A stretch of 64,000 nucleotides of DNA from Octopus sinensis (GCF_006345805.1 NW_021832430.1:248001-312000), one strand, 5' to 3'. Shown: positions 25,100 through 38,184, numbered from the stretch's first letter. Notes: generated from the sequence alone by a model not told the origin. A program made the numbers and translations.

Positions 25100-27044
25100 T
25101 ATAAATTATTTTGCCGAGTTAATAATTGATAATTAATTTTTCAGCTTAATAATAAACATTTTAAATATAAATATAGATATTAAGAAATATTTTAAATAAA
25201 TCTTTTTCTCACAGATTATTCAAATAATATCTAAAAAATTCTGAATTATTCATTTTAAAAAACACAGAAAGCTAAATGATAAGATATATACATAAGATTA
25301 AAATCTCTGAAAATCAATTAGATGTTGCAGATCACCACCTAGTCTAATAAATTAATGTACTGGAAGACATAATGGTGGATTATAAACAATTAGGCGTCAT
25401 TTATTTTCATCATAAAAGTGATATCAAAGGTGTCTAAAATACAGAAGTTATAGCCATAACAAATTATCTAAATAAAATTAACGAAAATTTCTTTTTATGA
25501 CGTTTGGTTGAACTCATAGCCAGACACTTTAGCAATTTGAGGATACTTCATTACTCTCACAATTCGATGGACAGCCTCGTTCACTGAAAAATATGTGTAA
25601 AAAGTCCGAAATTCTCTCAGCATTGCATCGACTTAATAACAACAGGGCAGCGGGTTATGATGATATTTGCGGAGAGTTGTTGAAATACGCACGGACCAAG
25701 CTTCCAGAAATGATAACTCTTATATTCAATGATATATTCAGGAATCATTGTCCAATTGAACTTGCGATGGGAGTTATACTTTCTCTGCAAAAACCTGGCG
25801 ATTGAAAATCTCAGGCCACTGACCACGTTGCGAAAAACCCTGTCGATTATAACATTGAATCGTATATTAAAATCAGTTGATAAATACCTGTCGCCAAGTC
25901 AAAGCGAATTCAGACTGGGAAGATCAACCGCTGATATAGTATGGAGTCATCGGTGGCTTACTGCCATATGTCAGAAGTACAGGAAAACGATGCACATTTT
26001 GGGAGTTGAGCTATCAAAAGCGTTCGACAGTATCTGTCTAGATAAACTACTGCGAGTTCTCGAGGATATTGTTGATGAAGACTCCTTGAGGATTGTGCGT
26101 TTTCTGCTGGCTGATACGAGCCTCGTAGTGAAAATGGAGAGAAACTATTCGGATAAATGGACCTCCGGGATTGGTACTCCGCAAAGGGACTCTCTTTCCC
26201 CAGTCCTCTTTGTAATCTATTTGGAAGCCGCGTTAAGAGATGTCAGAAAGGAATTGCATCACTTAAAATTTAAGTCTTGAATAATCATTTTGTGGAACTA
26301 ATATAGGCCAACGCCATTGATTTTATATCTGAGGATGTGGAAATTCTAAGAGCTGTAATAGACAAGGCTACAACAGTTTTGAAGAGGTGGTCCTGAAGAT
26401 CAATCCGGAAAAGACGGGCATAACTTCGATTTAGCGTCTGTCAACTCGGATTGACGAGAAGTGGAGGTTTACTAAAATGCATGGGTCGCTTTTGAGCGAT
26501 GCTGAGGACATTGCCCGTAGAAAAATGTTGGCGTCGTGTGCACTAAAGAAGATGTGGAGTATCTGGACACGCCAAAAACTTATCTCTCTAAATCTTCGGA
26601 CACACTTGTATAATGCGTTCGTACTACCAATCCTATTATGCAACTCGGGAACATGGGGAACATCGAAAACGGACCTTTACGCTTTTCATAGAAAGCAAAT
26701 GAGAAAAAACACGGGTATCAAATGGCCATAGACCATCAAAAACGAAACTTTCTACAAATTATGTAAATGCAAGCCGATTAGCAAGGAAGTTACTACCTCA
26801 CGCTGTCCTGAGAACGGATAAAATGATTCCTTGCAATCAAATAATGGAAGAATACTTTTCTAATCAAGGAATTGGATTTCGGAGTCGGCCAAGACGCACG
26901 TTTCCCCTCTGCCTGAGGAATGATTACAAAAGAATTGGCGACCGACTTGAAAATGGTGACAATCTTGAGGACATTCACAAACGCACGAGAAACAAGGCTG
27001 GATGGAAAAGACTGACTGGGAGGATATTTGAGAGTGCGACATGA
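25100..27044 (+). mobile_element. Decayed RTE-like LINE reverse transcriptase
   Basis: AAGYDDI, LRPLT, QSEFRLGRST, LSKAFDSI, GTPQ.DSLSPVLF, LGSLLS, LYNAFVLPILL motifs with frameshifts. Left boundary is approximate. Confidence 0.85.
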
Positions 27045-27359
27045 GCGAAACCTTAGGCACATACGTGCTTATGCCAGCTTTTGATTGAGCTTGATTTGTC
27101 CAGTCTTGAAGCGTTTGGTTTGCTGAAAAAAGTAATTTAGAATGGCTCGCCAATAGATAAGAATTGGTCTATCGAGTATCTTGTGCGATCAACAAGTTTG
27201 TCATGCTCATATTCCCAATTGAGTTCTGGGTTTTTGAGAGCAATTTATAGAGCTTTTTTTCTTCCAAGAGGACCACACTCTTCTCTCCGTTTATCATTTG
27301 CCCAACGGAAGAGCTTTTTAGTGCAATAAAGCAATCTTAACAAGCTCAAGAAGACTGAG

Positions 27360-27640
27360 GTGAATGGATTGCGAGGCTGTCTAGTTGGCAGAGATACGAC
27401 CAATTACTATTGGCAAACGTTCTCGGGAAACTGGCTGCTAAAGTCAAAGAGACTCAGCTGTGAACTCTCGCCACTTCAGCTTGGTATGGGAATTCCAAAT
27501 GGTTTTGAAGCTGCAGTGTATGCAGCCAGAAAATTCTTTGCGCAAAAAAAGAAACTCAAATTTATTAGCTATAAAACTGGATATTAAGAATGCATTTAAC
27601 AGCCTGAGAAGAGACGTGATTCTCGAAGCCTGCTTTTCTG
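27360..27640 (+). mobile_element. CRE-clade RT fragment (copy B 49720-49990)
   Basis: RPITIG.V, PLQLGMGIPNG.EAAV, KLDIKNAFNSLRRD. Confidence 0.75.
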
Positions 27641-28088
27641 ATCATTTCAAGCAAATCTTTCTCTTTGGATGCGAGTTTTATACCAATTACAAGATTATAC
27701 TTTAAAATGATTTTGCACATTCCACCTAATCCAGCTAGTCTCAAACACTAGTGAGACTCTACACTAAACACAGGAAATATTAAGAGTATTTCGATTCCTT
27801 TATGGAAAAAAGATACGTCGCTATCAAAGAGGCCCCTGAATCTATAAATAATGAAATAACAGTTGTATCGACCAAAAAAATAAAAGAATATTTGAGCTCA
27901 AAAGTCGGATAGCTATTAAGAATAATATCACGGTGTAAAAAGTAAATCTATCAGTGGAAAATCAGTCCAATTTCAAAAAATAAACTTTCATAGACACGAG
28001 GAAACACAAAAATATGCTAATTAACTAAATATATAAAATAAGGAAAAAGTATTGAAATTAGTCAAAGAACAAGTAAAGACAGAAGGGT

Positions 28089-28476
28089 CTAATTTTGCTC
28101 GACTTGTTTGGCCAACAAATCACTTTCCCTGTAAAAATAGTATTCCTAGACATATAAAAGACACACTACGTTGTCCTCAAGCATTATTTTGCTACCACCG
28201 TACTCTGGGATGATGACAGAATCCCCCACCTTGACCGACATTGCCTGTCTGACACCATTCTAATATATTTAAGTCGACTTATGTTGTACCACGATACTGC
28301 CGGGTCCAGCAGCCACAATTGTCCCTTCTATGACCTTTTCTTGAGCTTTGGCTGGAATGAGAATCCCAGTCTTTGAAACTGTTTCCTTGGCTGCTCTCTG
28401 AACAAGAATTCTATCAAATAGCGGAACGATTTTTTGAGCAATGGACTGGAATATTAATACAAAGTGGAGAAACCAT
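28089..28476 (-). CDS. HSPE1: 10-kDa chaperonin HSP10, copy A (101 aa; introns of 28, 30 and 24 nt)
   Basis: M|SIAQKIVPLFDRILVQR..GILIP..GTIVAAGPG..SVKVGD..PEYGG..YRESDLLAK; first intron lies directly after the ATG. Confidence 0.95.
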
Positions 28477-28742
28477 CAGAGAAAACGTGACAGTACTTTT
28501 ATTACTTTTTTAAATGTGATAAACTAATTAAAATATATTAATAACAAAAATTTTCAATTTATTTTAACATAATTATCTAAAACATTTATACAAAAATAAT
28601 AGAATTTTATAATATATTTCGTCGAAAATTAAAAAATCTAACCATTAATTTTTTTAAAAACTAAGATTTTAATAATTAAATTTAAATAAGTTATATAAAA
28701 ACTATTAATATATGAAATAAATTCAAACCCACAAGTGTTCTG
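28477..28742. promoter_or_regulatory. Probable bidirectional promoter between HSP10 and SNF
   Basis: 266-bp very AT-rich spacer between divergently oriented start codons. Confidence 0.55.
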
Positions 28743-29419
28743 ATGTGTGCTGATATTCTACCTGGGAACACAATATACATAAGCAACCTAAACGACAAGA
28801 TAAAGAAGCTGGGTTAAGTTTAAATTAATATTTCCAGAACTTAAAGACCAGCTATACCACGCCTTTGCCCCATTTGGCCACATTGTCGAAATAGTGGCCC
28901 TAAAGACTAATCAAATGCGGGGACAAGCATTTGTCATATTTAAGGAAGTGAACAACGCCTCACTTGCCCTCCGGTCTATGAATGGATTCAAATTCTACGG
29001 CAAGCCCATGGTAAAGGATTGTCCTCATCTTCCAGCGCATAGAGTACGCCAAGACTGAATCCCAGATCATAACTAGAATGAAGACATTATATGCCGAAAG
29101 ATGTGAAAGACAGAAGGAGGAATTGCAGTCAAAGTCGAAAAGAGTTCGAATGGATGTCTTTGAGAACGTGGAATGTCCTCCTGATGCCTCTTCTGTGCTT
29201 TTTGTGGAGAATATTCCAAGTGACGCCACTGAACATGATCTCAACATTCTTTTTAAAAAGTTTTCTGGGTTTAAGGAACTTCGGTACACGAGTGCTCGGC
29301 CGGAAGTGTCTTTTGTGGAGTACGAGAATGAAACATGTGCTACTGCTGCTCTTCAGTCTCTTCAAAACTTTAAACTTTCCCCAACTCATTTTCTGGCAAT
29401 TTCATACGCCAAAGTTTAA
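28743..29419 (+). CDS. SNRPB2: U1A/U2B''/SNF snRNP protein, copy A (introns 28813-28837, 29011-29035)
   Basis: [13 protein letters not shown]|[26 protein letters not shown]|RIEYAK plus a second RRM ([17 protein letters not shown]). The ALKT loop is U2B''/SNF-type. Confidence 0.9.
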
Positions 29420-29514
29420 TTTTTCTTGTTTTTTTTGATTATGATTTTTTATTAAAGAAAATTTAAATAAATTGAATTTTGATAAATTAATATTTTATTG
29501 GATGATGTGAGACG

Positions 29515-30486
29515 ATGAAAACCACTAAAGCTTTAAATGATTTTATTTCACAGTTAAAGTGTTCCTCGTGGTGATTTTCTTTTCTTATTACTACCAGCTC
29601 GTCCTCTACTTGTGAATTATTTAGCCATTCGAATCGTCCAACTCTTTTCTGCCAGTTAGCAGTTTTAAATAATATTAAAGAAAGTGCTTGGAAGAGTGTG
29701 GCGATCCCCTTCTGTCTTCTTCTATTATAAATCGGAAAAACCTTACTTCACTCGCAAACTTAGCCAATCAACTTGTGGACAAGCTCAAATCCCTTAAAGA
29801 CAGTCCCTCCAAAGTCGTGGTGGCCCACAGTGGCTACTCCATACGACAACTACGGGACCTGAGGGGGATGACCTTTTCCCTACGATGTGTGACGGCATCC
29901 ACCATGTCCTCACAAGTCTCCCACTTGGTTGTCCAGACAGACGAGAATGGGCGATGTTTGAGGACATTTAAGTACATGACCGCTCTTCTCAGAGGTCTGT
30001 GGATTGTGTCTCATCAATGTACGAACATGAATGTATTTCAGGGCTATCCGACTCGTTTGACTGTCAATCCTTACTGGACTGTGCCCCTTATGAAGTGGTG
30101 GGACACTCCAATAGCGAAGTGTCGTATATTCCTACCAAGGCGAGGACCAGTCAAGTCTGTGGCTGTTTGATAATGAGTAGTCTCCTCCTCTTTTTGATGG
30201 GATTTCTGTCTTTTTTGCATCAAAGACACGCATGCCCCGGCGGAAAATTATTTCATTGGTGGAGTTGGGTGGAGGAAAAGTCCTAAGAAGTCTTCTTTCT
30301 GAATATGAGAAGAGCAGACCCTTCCATGCTGCTGCTTCTGGACTGATAGCAAATTGTCCGGTTGTAGCCGTGTCAGATGAGTGGGCTGGAGCCGTCCTCA
30401 TTGGAATGAATTTAGAGAAAAATTGTTTGGTTGCTTCTGAGAATTGGATATTTGATTGTATTTCATCGTATTGCCTTGTTGAATGA
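29515..30486 (+). CDS. Miniature BARD1/BRCA1-like protein (degenerate RING + tandem BRCT), 289 aa, copy A
   Basis: Introns 29571-29597, 29655-29680, 30019-30041 and 30155-30180 give one frame: LKCSSC..FCQKCL; VAHSG..HLVVQTDENGRCLRTFKY..GLWIVSHQW..PYEVVG; LFDG..LVELGGGKV..NWIFDCISSY. Confidence 0.8.
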
Positions 30487-30565
30487 ATGGCTTATTCTGT
30501 CTTCTTGTTTTTTGGTAAGGATAGGGATTCTAGGTATTACTTAAATAATGTAGTTTCGTTATTAT

Positions 30566-32576
30566 TAGGGCAACCTAAAAGTAATGATTAATTTTAAAAA
30601 GGTCCAAAAAAGGTTTTTATAAAAAGTTTGTTACGTCAATTTGGTCAATTTGTTAATTAAGTCAATTTTAAAATACGAATTTAATTAGAAAAATCGGCGT
30701 GACGTTTCTGTCGTATTGTAACAAATCTTTAACTAAATTATAGAGTACGTATGCCTAAAAATAAGCCTTCAGATTGTAAAAAAGCGAAAAATATTTATGA
30801 AAAATATCCCAAAGAATTTTCAATTACTCCGAATGGAATGCTTTTTTGTAAATTGTGTGAGTTACTCGTAACTTGCAAAAAACGTTTTTTTGTGAACAAA
30901 CACAGGGAAACACAGAAGCACTCTTCACCAACAATTATATCCACCAATACAAGATACAGTCCGACCTCTAAATGGGGCACTAAGTGCCTCAAATCAGAGG
31001 TTTCCCCAAAAAAGAGGTTTTTCAAAAAGCTCAATAAATAAAGAAAAAGAACATTATTTTTTAAAATAATCAGTTAATTTTTCTCCATATTTATATTTAT
31101 TTTTAATTCCTAACGACACTTTCTTTCTGAATTCATAAAAATCATGAAGAGAATCTGGAATCAAATCAAAGATGTTTGTCTCTAAGTTTTCCATCAAACT
31201 TTAAATTTGTGATATTGATGGTTCGCAGCTTATATTCTCATAGATATTTGGATCATTATCTTCTATTTCATCAATAACATTATTAAATATTTCTTCAGAT
31301 GATTCATTTATGCAACTCGAGTCTGATGGAGATTGTCGAAAAACCTTTTGCCAGCAGTTATAAATAATATCCGCAGATACATTATTCCAGGCATCTGAGA
31401 TTATTGTTACCACTTGCCGCAAATTTAATTTGGATAAAGACTCTATAAACAAATCCTGGTCGTCTTGAAAACATAAAAAATCAATTAGACAATTCAAATA
31501 ATTATCAGCAGATGCGGATTCGCCTGACAATGTTCGGAATTTTAATTCATGCCTCTGCTTGAATTTTTCTAACCATCCATTTGAAGCTTTAAACTTGTTT
31601 AAGCCCATTCTCGAAGAAACAGTTAGGGAAATTTTTTTTAAGAGTTCCAGAAACTGGAACATTCTGATCCCTTAGACGCTGAAAAATATCAATGACTTTT
31701 TCATCAAATCCGTTTTTATTTTCACTTAATGATGAGGAAAGAAATCCTTTTTTGATAAATGGAAGAATATTCTTTTTTATACAGAAAATAGTTCCCTTGC
31801 TAGTATTGTACATTATGGATAATCTCCTCTCAGAATGTTCTTTCTTTAAAAGATGATCAGCAATCTTCAACTTGGTTTCATAATTCAAAGGCATTACACA
31901 AGAAATTTGAAATGAAACGTGTCTTAAAATATTTATTTTTTAAATTGGTATAATTAATTTTATTTAATAAAAAATCAATGCCCCAAATAGAGATGTTAAA
32001 ATTAATTGATTTTTTATAATTTGGTTAAAAAATTTATAATGCCCCAAAACAGAGTTTTCCCCAAAAAAGAGGTGCCTCACCCCTGGAGGTGCGCCCCAAT
32101 TAGAGGTCGGACTGTAATTGAATATTTTTTTTCAAATTATTGTTTCAAAAATTTTGAATCATTTGTATTCTCAAACATTTCACTCTATAAATTGAGGAAT
32201 GAAGCAATTATCAACTTATTCGAAAATATTGGGCATTCACTTCCTTCAGAGTTTACTTAAGATAGTAGAAATTTTAGCTCTATAAAAGATATCAAAAATA
32301 ATTAATTTAATTTAAAATGAGCGAGACTGCACCTTCTCGGAGGTCTACATTGCCAGAGAAGAGGAGGAAGAAGGGAAGGAGGAGCGTGGAGTGCCATCCT
32401 CTGCTCACTTCGAAGGCTCTGGACTTAGTTAGAAAATCACTTAGTTAATTAGTTTCTTTTTTTACAAAATATTTGAAAATAAAGTTTTAAATAATATTTC
32501 TTAGGTCAATTTTTTAGTCAATTTTTAAAATTTTACGGTCAGTTAATTTTTTAGGTCAATAAAAATGTTTGCCCTA
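30566..32576 (+). mobile_element. Non-autonomous hAT (CGGBP1-like zinc finger) element, copy A
   Basis: TIR TAGGGCAA/TTGCCCTA, 8-bp TSD GTTATTAT, ORF MPKNK..LFCKLC..VNKHRETQKH; contains Tigger 1 and a ~110-bp REL retroelement 3' end (32320-32430). Confidence 0.88.
30957..32114 (-). mobile_element. Tigger/pogo element 1, internally deleted (only in copy A)
   Basis: TIR CAGTCCGACCTCTAA.TGGGGC, TA TSD, empty site AAGATAATTG at ~53325-53335. CENP-B HTH and FKASNGWLEKFKQRH are present; the DDE core is missing. Confidence 0.93.
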
Positions 32577-32599
32577 GTTATTATTCTTGATGAGATACG

Positions 32600-32990
32600 T
32601 CAAGGAATTGACTTCCTTCAGTTTTCACGTCATAACTGCTCACTGAACAAGTACAATTTCTCCTTATTACTTGAAAACACGTGAACGCGATTCTCTTTAA
32701 GTACTCTTCGGACAATAAGTTCAATCTCATCATAGTCACTCGGGTTGAATTCGATTAGTCCAAAGTAATAGTTGAGCGTACTTGTTCAAGACGTGGAACA
32801 AATTCTATACATTGAGGCGAGATGCCTATATTATTGCTGCATTGCTACGCATATCTTCCACTAGGCACTTTCTAGTTTCGAGCGTGATTAATAAAGCTGG
32901 TTTTTCAACCACATCAAGATACTTATATCTTTAGTGTTTCTCCAGGACTTTGACTAAATGACCACATACGTGATCCAGTCGAACGGTCTT
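32600..32990 (-). mobile_element. Decayed REL-type retrotransposon fragment (copy B 53800-54420, ~230 bp longer)
   Basis: YKYL..., LNYYVGLIEF..KKKLYL motifs similar to 15650-16000. Confidence 0.65.
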
Positions 32991-33128
32991 GAAACCTTTC
33001 AGATTTTCCCAATAAAATAATAATTGATTACATAACCACAAAATTTAATGGGACAGACACACCCTGCTTAATTGTAAGTAGAAAATTAGAAAGATTTATT
33101 AAATTTGATTAGTTGAACAATAAGCAAA

Positions 33129-34347
33129 TTAGTAGACGTGTTTAGCCACAAAGAGGCTTTCATTGGCAGATGCATCGTCTGTGCCGGAATAAACACCCTG
33201 GGCAGCATCACTACAGGCCTAGGCGTGGTGACCATTAAACTATACATTGGCTCTTTTGATCAATTGAGCGACAGCTAGATCATTATTTGCACAATCTCCA
33301 TTCCACTTTCTAATAACGGAATGTTGCAGAGCTCGTCCATAAGAAAAGGACAAGGACCAGGGATACATTCTCCGATCTGTATTGGCCTGCTTATTGATCT
33401 CGTTAAGAATGTTGTAGAATCCGACTCGGAAAATCCACCCGAAAGGAAAACAATTCCTTTGAGTCATTAAAAGCTCAGAACCAGGGACTGCAGATGGAAC
33501 AGTTCTTCGCAATGTGCGAAGAGTTGCGGTGGCATTATCAGAAAACGAACTTTGAGGATTGGCCTGCATTCCTGAAGTGACCATGTTTGGTTTTAGTAAA
33601 GTTCCTTCCAAAAACACGTCCTGGTCATTCAGAGCTTTATAAACTCCCGCCAAAACCTAAAATAATAAAAACGAATGACCACCTTTGTAGTAACATATTC
33701 ACATCTTTCTAAACTGTGAGTACCGTCACAGAGAACTTCAGGCTCTACGATGGGGACGATGGCATTCTATGGATTCAGGAAAAATGAGACCAACTCGTTG
33801 ACATATTTTGGCATACGAGGCAAGTACATTGCTGTTTGTGACAATCGCTAGTTCCGACGTGTGTTTGGTCAGTAATTGTGAGGACACACCGCCATTTAGC
33901 AAAGTCCGCTCCAGCCTTTTTGTACTTGGCACATCTTTGGTCCAAATTGTCGAGCCCTGACAAATTCTAAATGCCATGTTGACCTTGAGTCGTTGTCTCC
34001 ACTCCATTGATCGAAACTACTCCCAAATCAACTTTAATTCCAGTAAGTATCCCGTTTTTACGTAAGACCTCCGGAAATGAGACTCCTTCGTCAGATGTTT
34101 GCCAGAAAGTTTCGTCGTACATGATCACTCCGGAAATGTAATTACTGAGAACTTCTGCAGACGAGAAGAGCATTTGACGATAAAGACGACGATTTTGTTC
34201 ATTATTTGTGCAATTTATTGCTGAAAACCGTTTTCCGATCGTCCCTGTGCTTTCATCAGCAGCCAAAATTCCTCGGCCGACTCTTGTGAGTTTGTTAGCG
34301 ATTTCTGAAAGTTGTTTTTGTTGGATTTCGGTTAAAAATGAATTCAT
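33129..34347 (-). CDS. ALDO: Fructose-bisphosphate aldolase class I, copy A (two apparent frameshifts, ~33860 and ~33413)
   Basis: [18 protein letters not shown]|[37 protein letters not shown]-terminal Y; five introns of 25-28 nt. Confidence 0.93.
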
Positions 34348-34564
34348 ATAGTTTCTTAAAAGGTGATTATAAATGTTAAATTGATAATAGTTAGATAATC
34401 AGTTACCTATGATATGCTGACGCAGTAGAATAAAATTTATTAATTTTTTAAGGTTAGGCTAAAAATTATATCACATTATAATAACATATTTATTACCTAT
34501 TATAAATAGCTGAAGATTTTATTTATTTTTTTAGAAGAAATGGGTATTCATAACACACGATATA

Positions 34565-36160
34565 CAGTAAAACCTCTGGTGCTCGCCACCTCTGTTACTC
34601 GCCACCTCTATTGCTCGCCACATATTTTTCAAAAAATTAAAAATTTCTAGTAAATTTTGATAAATATTCTATTGCTCGCCATTTTCTAAATCTCGCCATT
34701 AATTTTTAAAAATATTTTTTTTGGTTAAACTATTTTTTATATAAAATATTTCAACCAGGCTGAATTTAACATGCGTAAGTGCTAAAGATTGTCTTTTAAT
34801 GGAAAACGTCGCATTCTTGCGTATATGGAGGAGAACAAAAGTCTCACGATGGACCGTATAGCAGTTGAGCAGTTGATCAGAAACAAGAAATTGATGCATT
34901 TACTTTTTTGATCTCTGCAAAGATTCAACAATATAATGCTGAAAACATTTATAACGCTGATGAAACTGGGATTTTTTACAAATCTATCCCTTCAAAAAGT
35001 GTTTGTCAGAAGGTTCGACATGGACATAAAATCCTTAAAGAACGGTTTAATTTTTATTTATTTTTTAGATTTTCTTTGTTGCTATGCTCAAATATGACTG
35101 GGACAGACAAAAAAATTCCACTTATGATTGGAAAGTTCCAGAAACCTCGCTGCTTTAAAAATTTTAAAGTCGAAAATTTTGTCGATTACTGTCATTCACC
35201 AAAAGCATGGATGACAAGTAAAATTTTTAACGAATGGCTTCTAACATAAGATAGGCATCTAAAAAAACGAAAAATTCTTTTAGTTGTGGATCGATGCCCA
35301 TCCCATAAACTTTACGCTGATTTACAGTCAATTGAAGTTCTTTACCTACCTTCGAAGACTACAACAATTCTACAACCAATGAATCAAGGAATCATTAGAT
35401 CCTTCAAAGGACATTTTAATAACTTAAATTTGAGTTTATGTTAGAAAAAATTGAAAATGGAGAAAATCCACTGGAAGCTCATAAAAAAATAACTTTAAAA
35501 GACGGTCTTCTTTTTACATATTTTGCCTGGAAAAAAGTAACGACCAAAAACAATTACAAATTGTTTCGGACATTCAAAATGGATCGAATGTGAAAATCAA
35601 TTCGAAAGACCAACTGTTGAAATTGATAATTATGATCAAATGGTAAATATCTTGAAAATATTGGACCCGGTGAATAAAGATGATTTTATTAATCATGAAT
35701 TTACCGAAATAGATGAAATTGAAGATTACCTTAATATTGCTGGAGATTCTTTTCCACACAAATATGACGATGAAGATACTCATAATGACGAATCTCATGT
35801 GACTTCAGAAGAGGCTTTGAAAATGTTGAAAAGAATAAAGTCATTCTTTTATCAAAATGAAAATTTTGATATAAATTCGTTGGAACTAATCGAAACCGTT
35901 ATTAAAAATATGGCTGAATTAAAAAAATTATTAAAGATTTTTTTAGTTAATTTTTTCCTTTTAATTCTTTCGATTCTCTTTGTTTCTTTGCTCAAATATG
36001 ACTTGGAAGGCTCACTTATGATCGGAAAGTATCGAAAACGGAGATGTTTTCAAAATTTCAATGTCAACAAATTTATTGATTATTTCTATTGCTCGCCAAA
36101 TTCTATTGCTCGCCATTTTTTCTTCGGTCCCGAAAATGGCGAGCACCAGAGGTTTTACTG
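34565..36160 (+). mobile_element. Tigger/pogo element 2, decayed (only in copy A), probable 24-nt intron 35045-35068
   Basis: TIR CAGTAAAACCTCTGGTGCTCGCCA, TA TSD, empty site at ~55995; IYNADETG, KAWMT, QPMNQG motifs. Confidence 0.93.
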
Positions 36161-37679
36161 TATTTTTTTAACTAGATGAAACAAGGCTGAATAAAAATGT
36201 TTTTTTACAAGACCAAAGTTTGTGTTAAGGGGCTTAATAAGTCAATTTTAATTAATTAACCTATTAATTAGTATTTCCTATTTGATTTGGTTATGAATTC
36301 TGACTATCATTATTACGTCATTAATCATAAAAGAGTTTGTAATCAGAAGAGTCATGTTTACAAAGCGAAGCTCCGAACTCTGAGTGCCACGTTACCAGAG
36401 TGGGATTGAGAAGAGTAATGTTTATGAGAAGTGCAGAGAACCCCGAGTTTAAATGCGTAAGAAATAATTTTATGCTACAAATACCGTATTCCGACAAGCT
36501 TTCCATTTTTTGCATTGACGACATTATAATCTTTGTGATTCATTTAGGATCTCTAGAGTTGCTCAAAACAAATTGTCAACAGTTTTCCTCCTCGAGTTGC
36601 AGTGAATATACTTTGTCTCGGAATTATTTCAATCTTAAATGAAAATAAATTTCAATCTTGAATAAAGCATAACATTTCTTCATTTCGATAAGAAGTATTT
36701 CCATTGAATGCAACCAATTATTTTAATAATTTCAATAAGGTGTTCTTCCTGAAATTGTGTTAAACGATGCATGATCTTTAATTTAATGTCATCATCCATT
36801 CGATGGACAAGGACGTTGAATGAACCGACTACTTATTATTATTTAAATCGAGAAGACCGTCAAAGTCAGAACAAAATCAGTTAGGTGATGCAGACATTCC
36901 CAATCATAACACGCATATTCTCGTGCCAGCATGCTTTGACGTGGAACACAGAACCCGTCGTCTTTAAAAGCGTTTCGAAAACAGTTGACTTTATACGGAG
37001 TTCAGTGAAACTGAACTTTGCAGTTGTATTAATAAAATACTGATAATTGTTAAAAAACTATATATGGGTTCCGTGAGGCAAATAAAATGTCTTTAGGCGG
37101 CCGCGATCTCTAAAAGGTTCGGAACTACCGATGTACAGAATTGATAAAAATGGCATTTTGAGAATAGTCAATTCAATGGCGTTGTCTGTTCAGCGACCTG
37201 TGGCATTTAATATTTACAGTTTTCAATTTTTTGTTCAATAAAAGAATTTTGATCAATTATTTTTGGTGTCGACCCAACGCGAATTATTTCCTTTGCTAAT
37301 TTTTCCCAAAAAAGTGTTCTACAAGCTAAAGGTTTGCAATAAATCTTTTAACCAGTCAGACTCCACTTCGGTGATGGCAAAAACATGTGACTGGTGAAGT
37401 AAATCTTTATCCTAGGAGCACTAGAGACCTCAGAAATCGCAAAAAGCTTGATCTTGCTTTATAAATGATATCAGGAATTAGGATACGATTTTTCACCGTA
37501 GTATACCACCTATTATTTCAGGAAATTTCTATTCAAAATAATAAGTTATAAAAAATATTTATTATTTTGTAGTTTAGTAATAATTTATAATAAACAATAA
37601 AAAATCAACGCGTGGATTATTCATTAGTTGGTGTTGATTTCTTAGTTTGTTGCAATATTTAAAAATCACTATAAATAGA

Positions 37680-38184
37680 ATGGAAGAGAATCCAGTTAAC
37701 GTTATTACTCCAGGAAGGGTGGTTATAATGCTTGCTGGGCGATATGCTGGCAAAAAAGGCATCGTAATGCAGGGACCTATTATATATTATTAGGCTTAGA
37801 ATATAAACGAGACTAAAAATAGAAAATATCCTCAATGTCTTGTTGTTGGACTGGCAAAAAATCCCCGTAGAATACTATCCGGAATGTCCTCAAATAAAAT
37901 ACTTAAAAGGACCAGACTATCCACGTTCGTTAAGCTGACAAATATCAACCACGTCCTCACAACAAGGTTTATATACATTTATTTTATATATTTAGATATT
38001 GTGTCACTCCTTCCATTACAACTGATGATGTTAATGTAGATAAGTATAAAGATCTTGCAGGAAGAAAGCAGATGAGGCAATTGGCACGAACTGCATTGGA
38101 GTCACAGTTATGCGTATTTGTATATTACTCTGTAGTTATCGAAAAGGCGAACATAAGTGGTTCTTTAAGCGCATCGATATGTGA
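37680..38184 (+). CDS. RPL27: 60S ribosomal protein L27, copy A (first donor reads GG instead of GT)
   Basis: PGRVVIMLAGRYAGKK..LVVG..FVKLTN.NH.LTTR|Y..KWFF; introns of 27, 29 and 29 nt. Confidence 0.9.

Noticed and set aside
28260-28289. Non-canonical ATAAGT donor in HSP10 intron 2
   Set aside because: It gives a frameshift, whereas the upstream GT gives an in-frame 30-nt intron.
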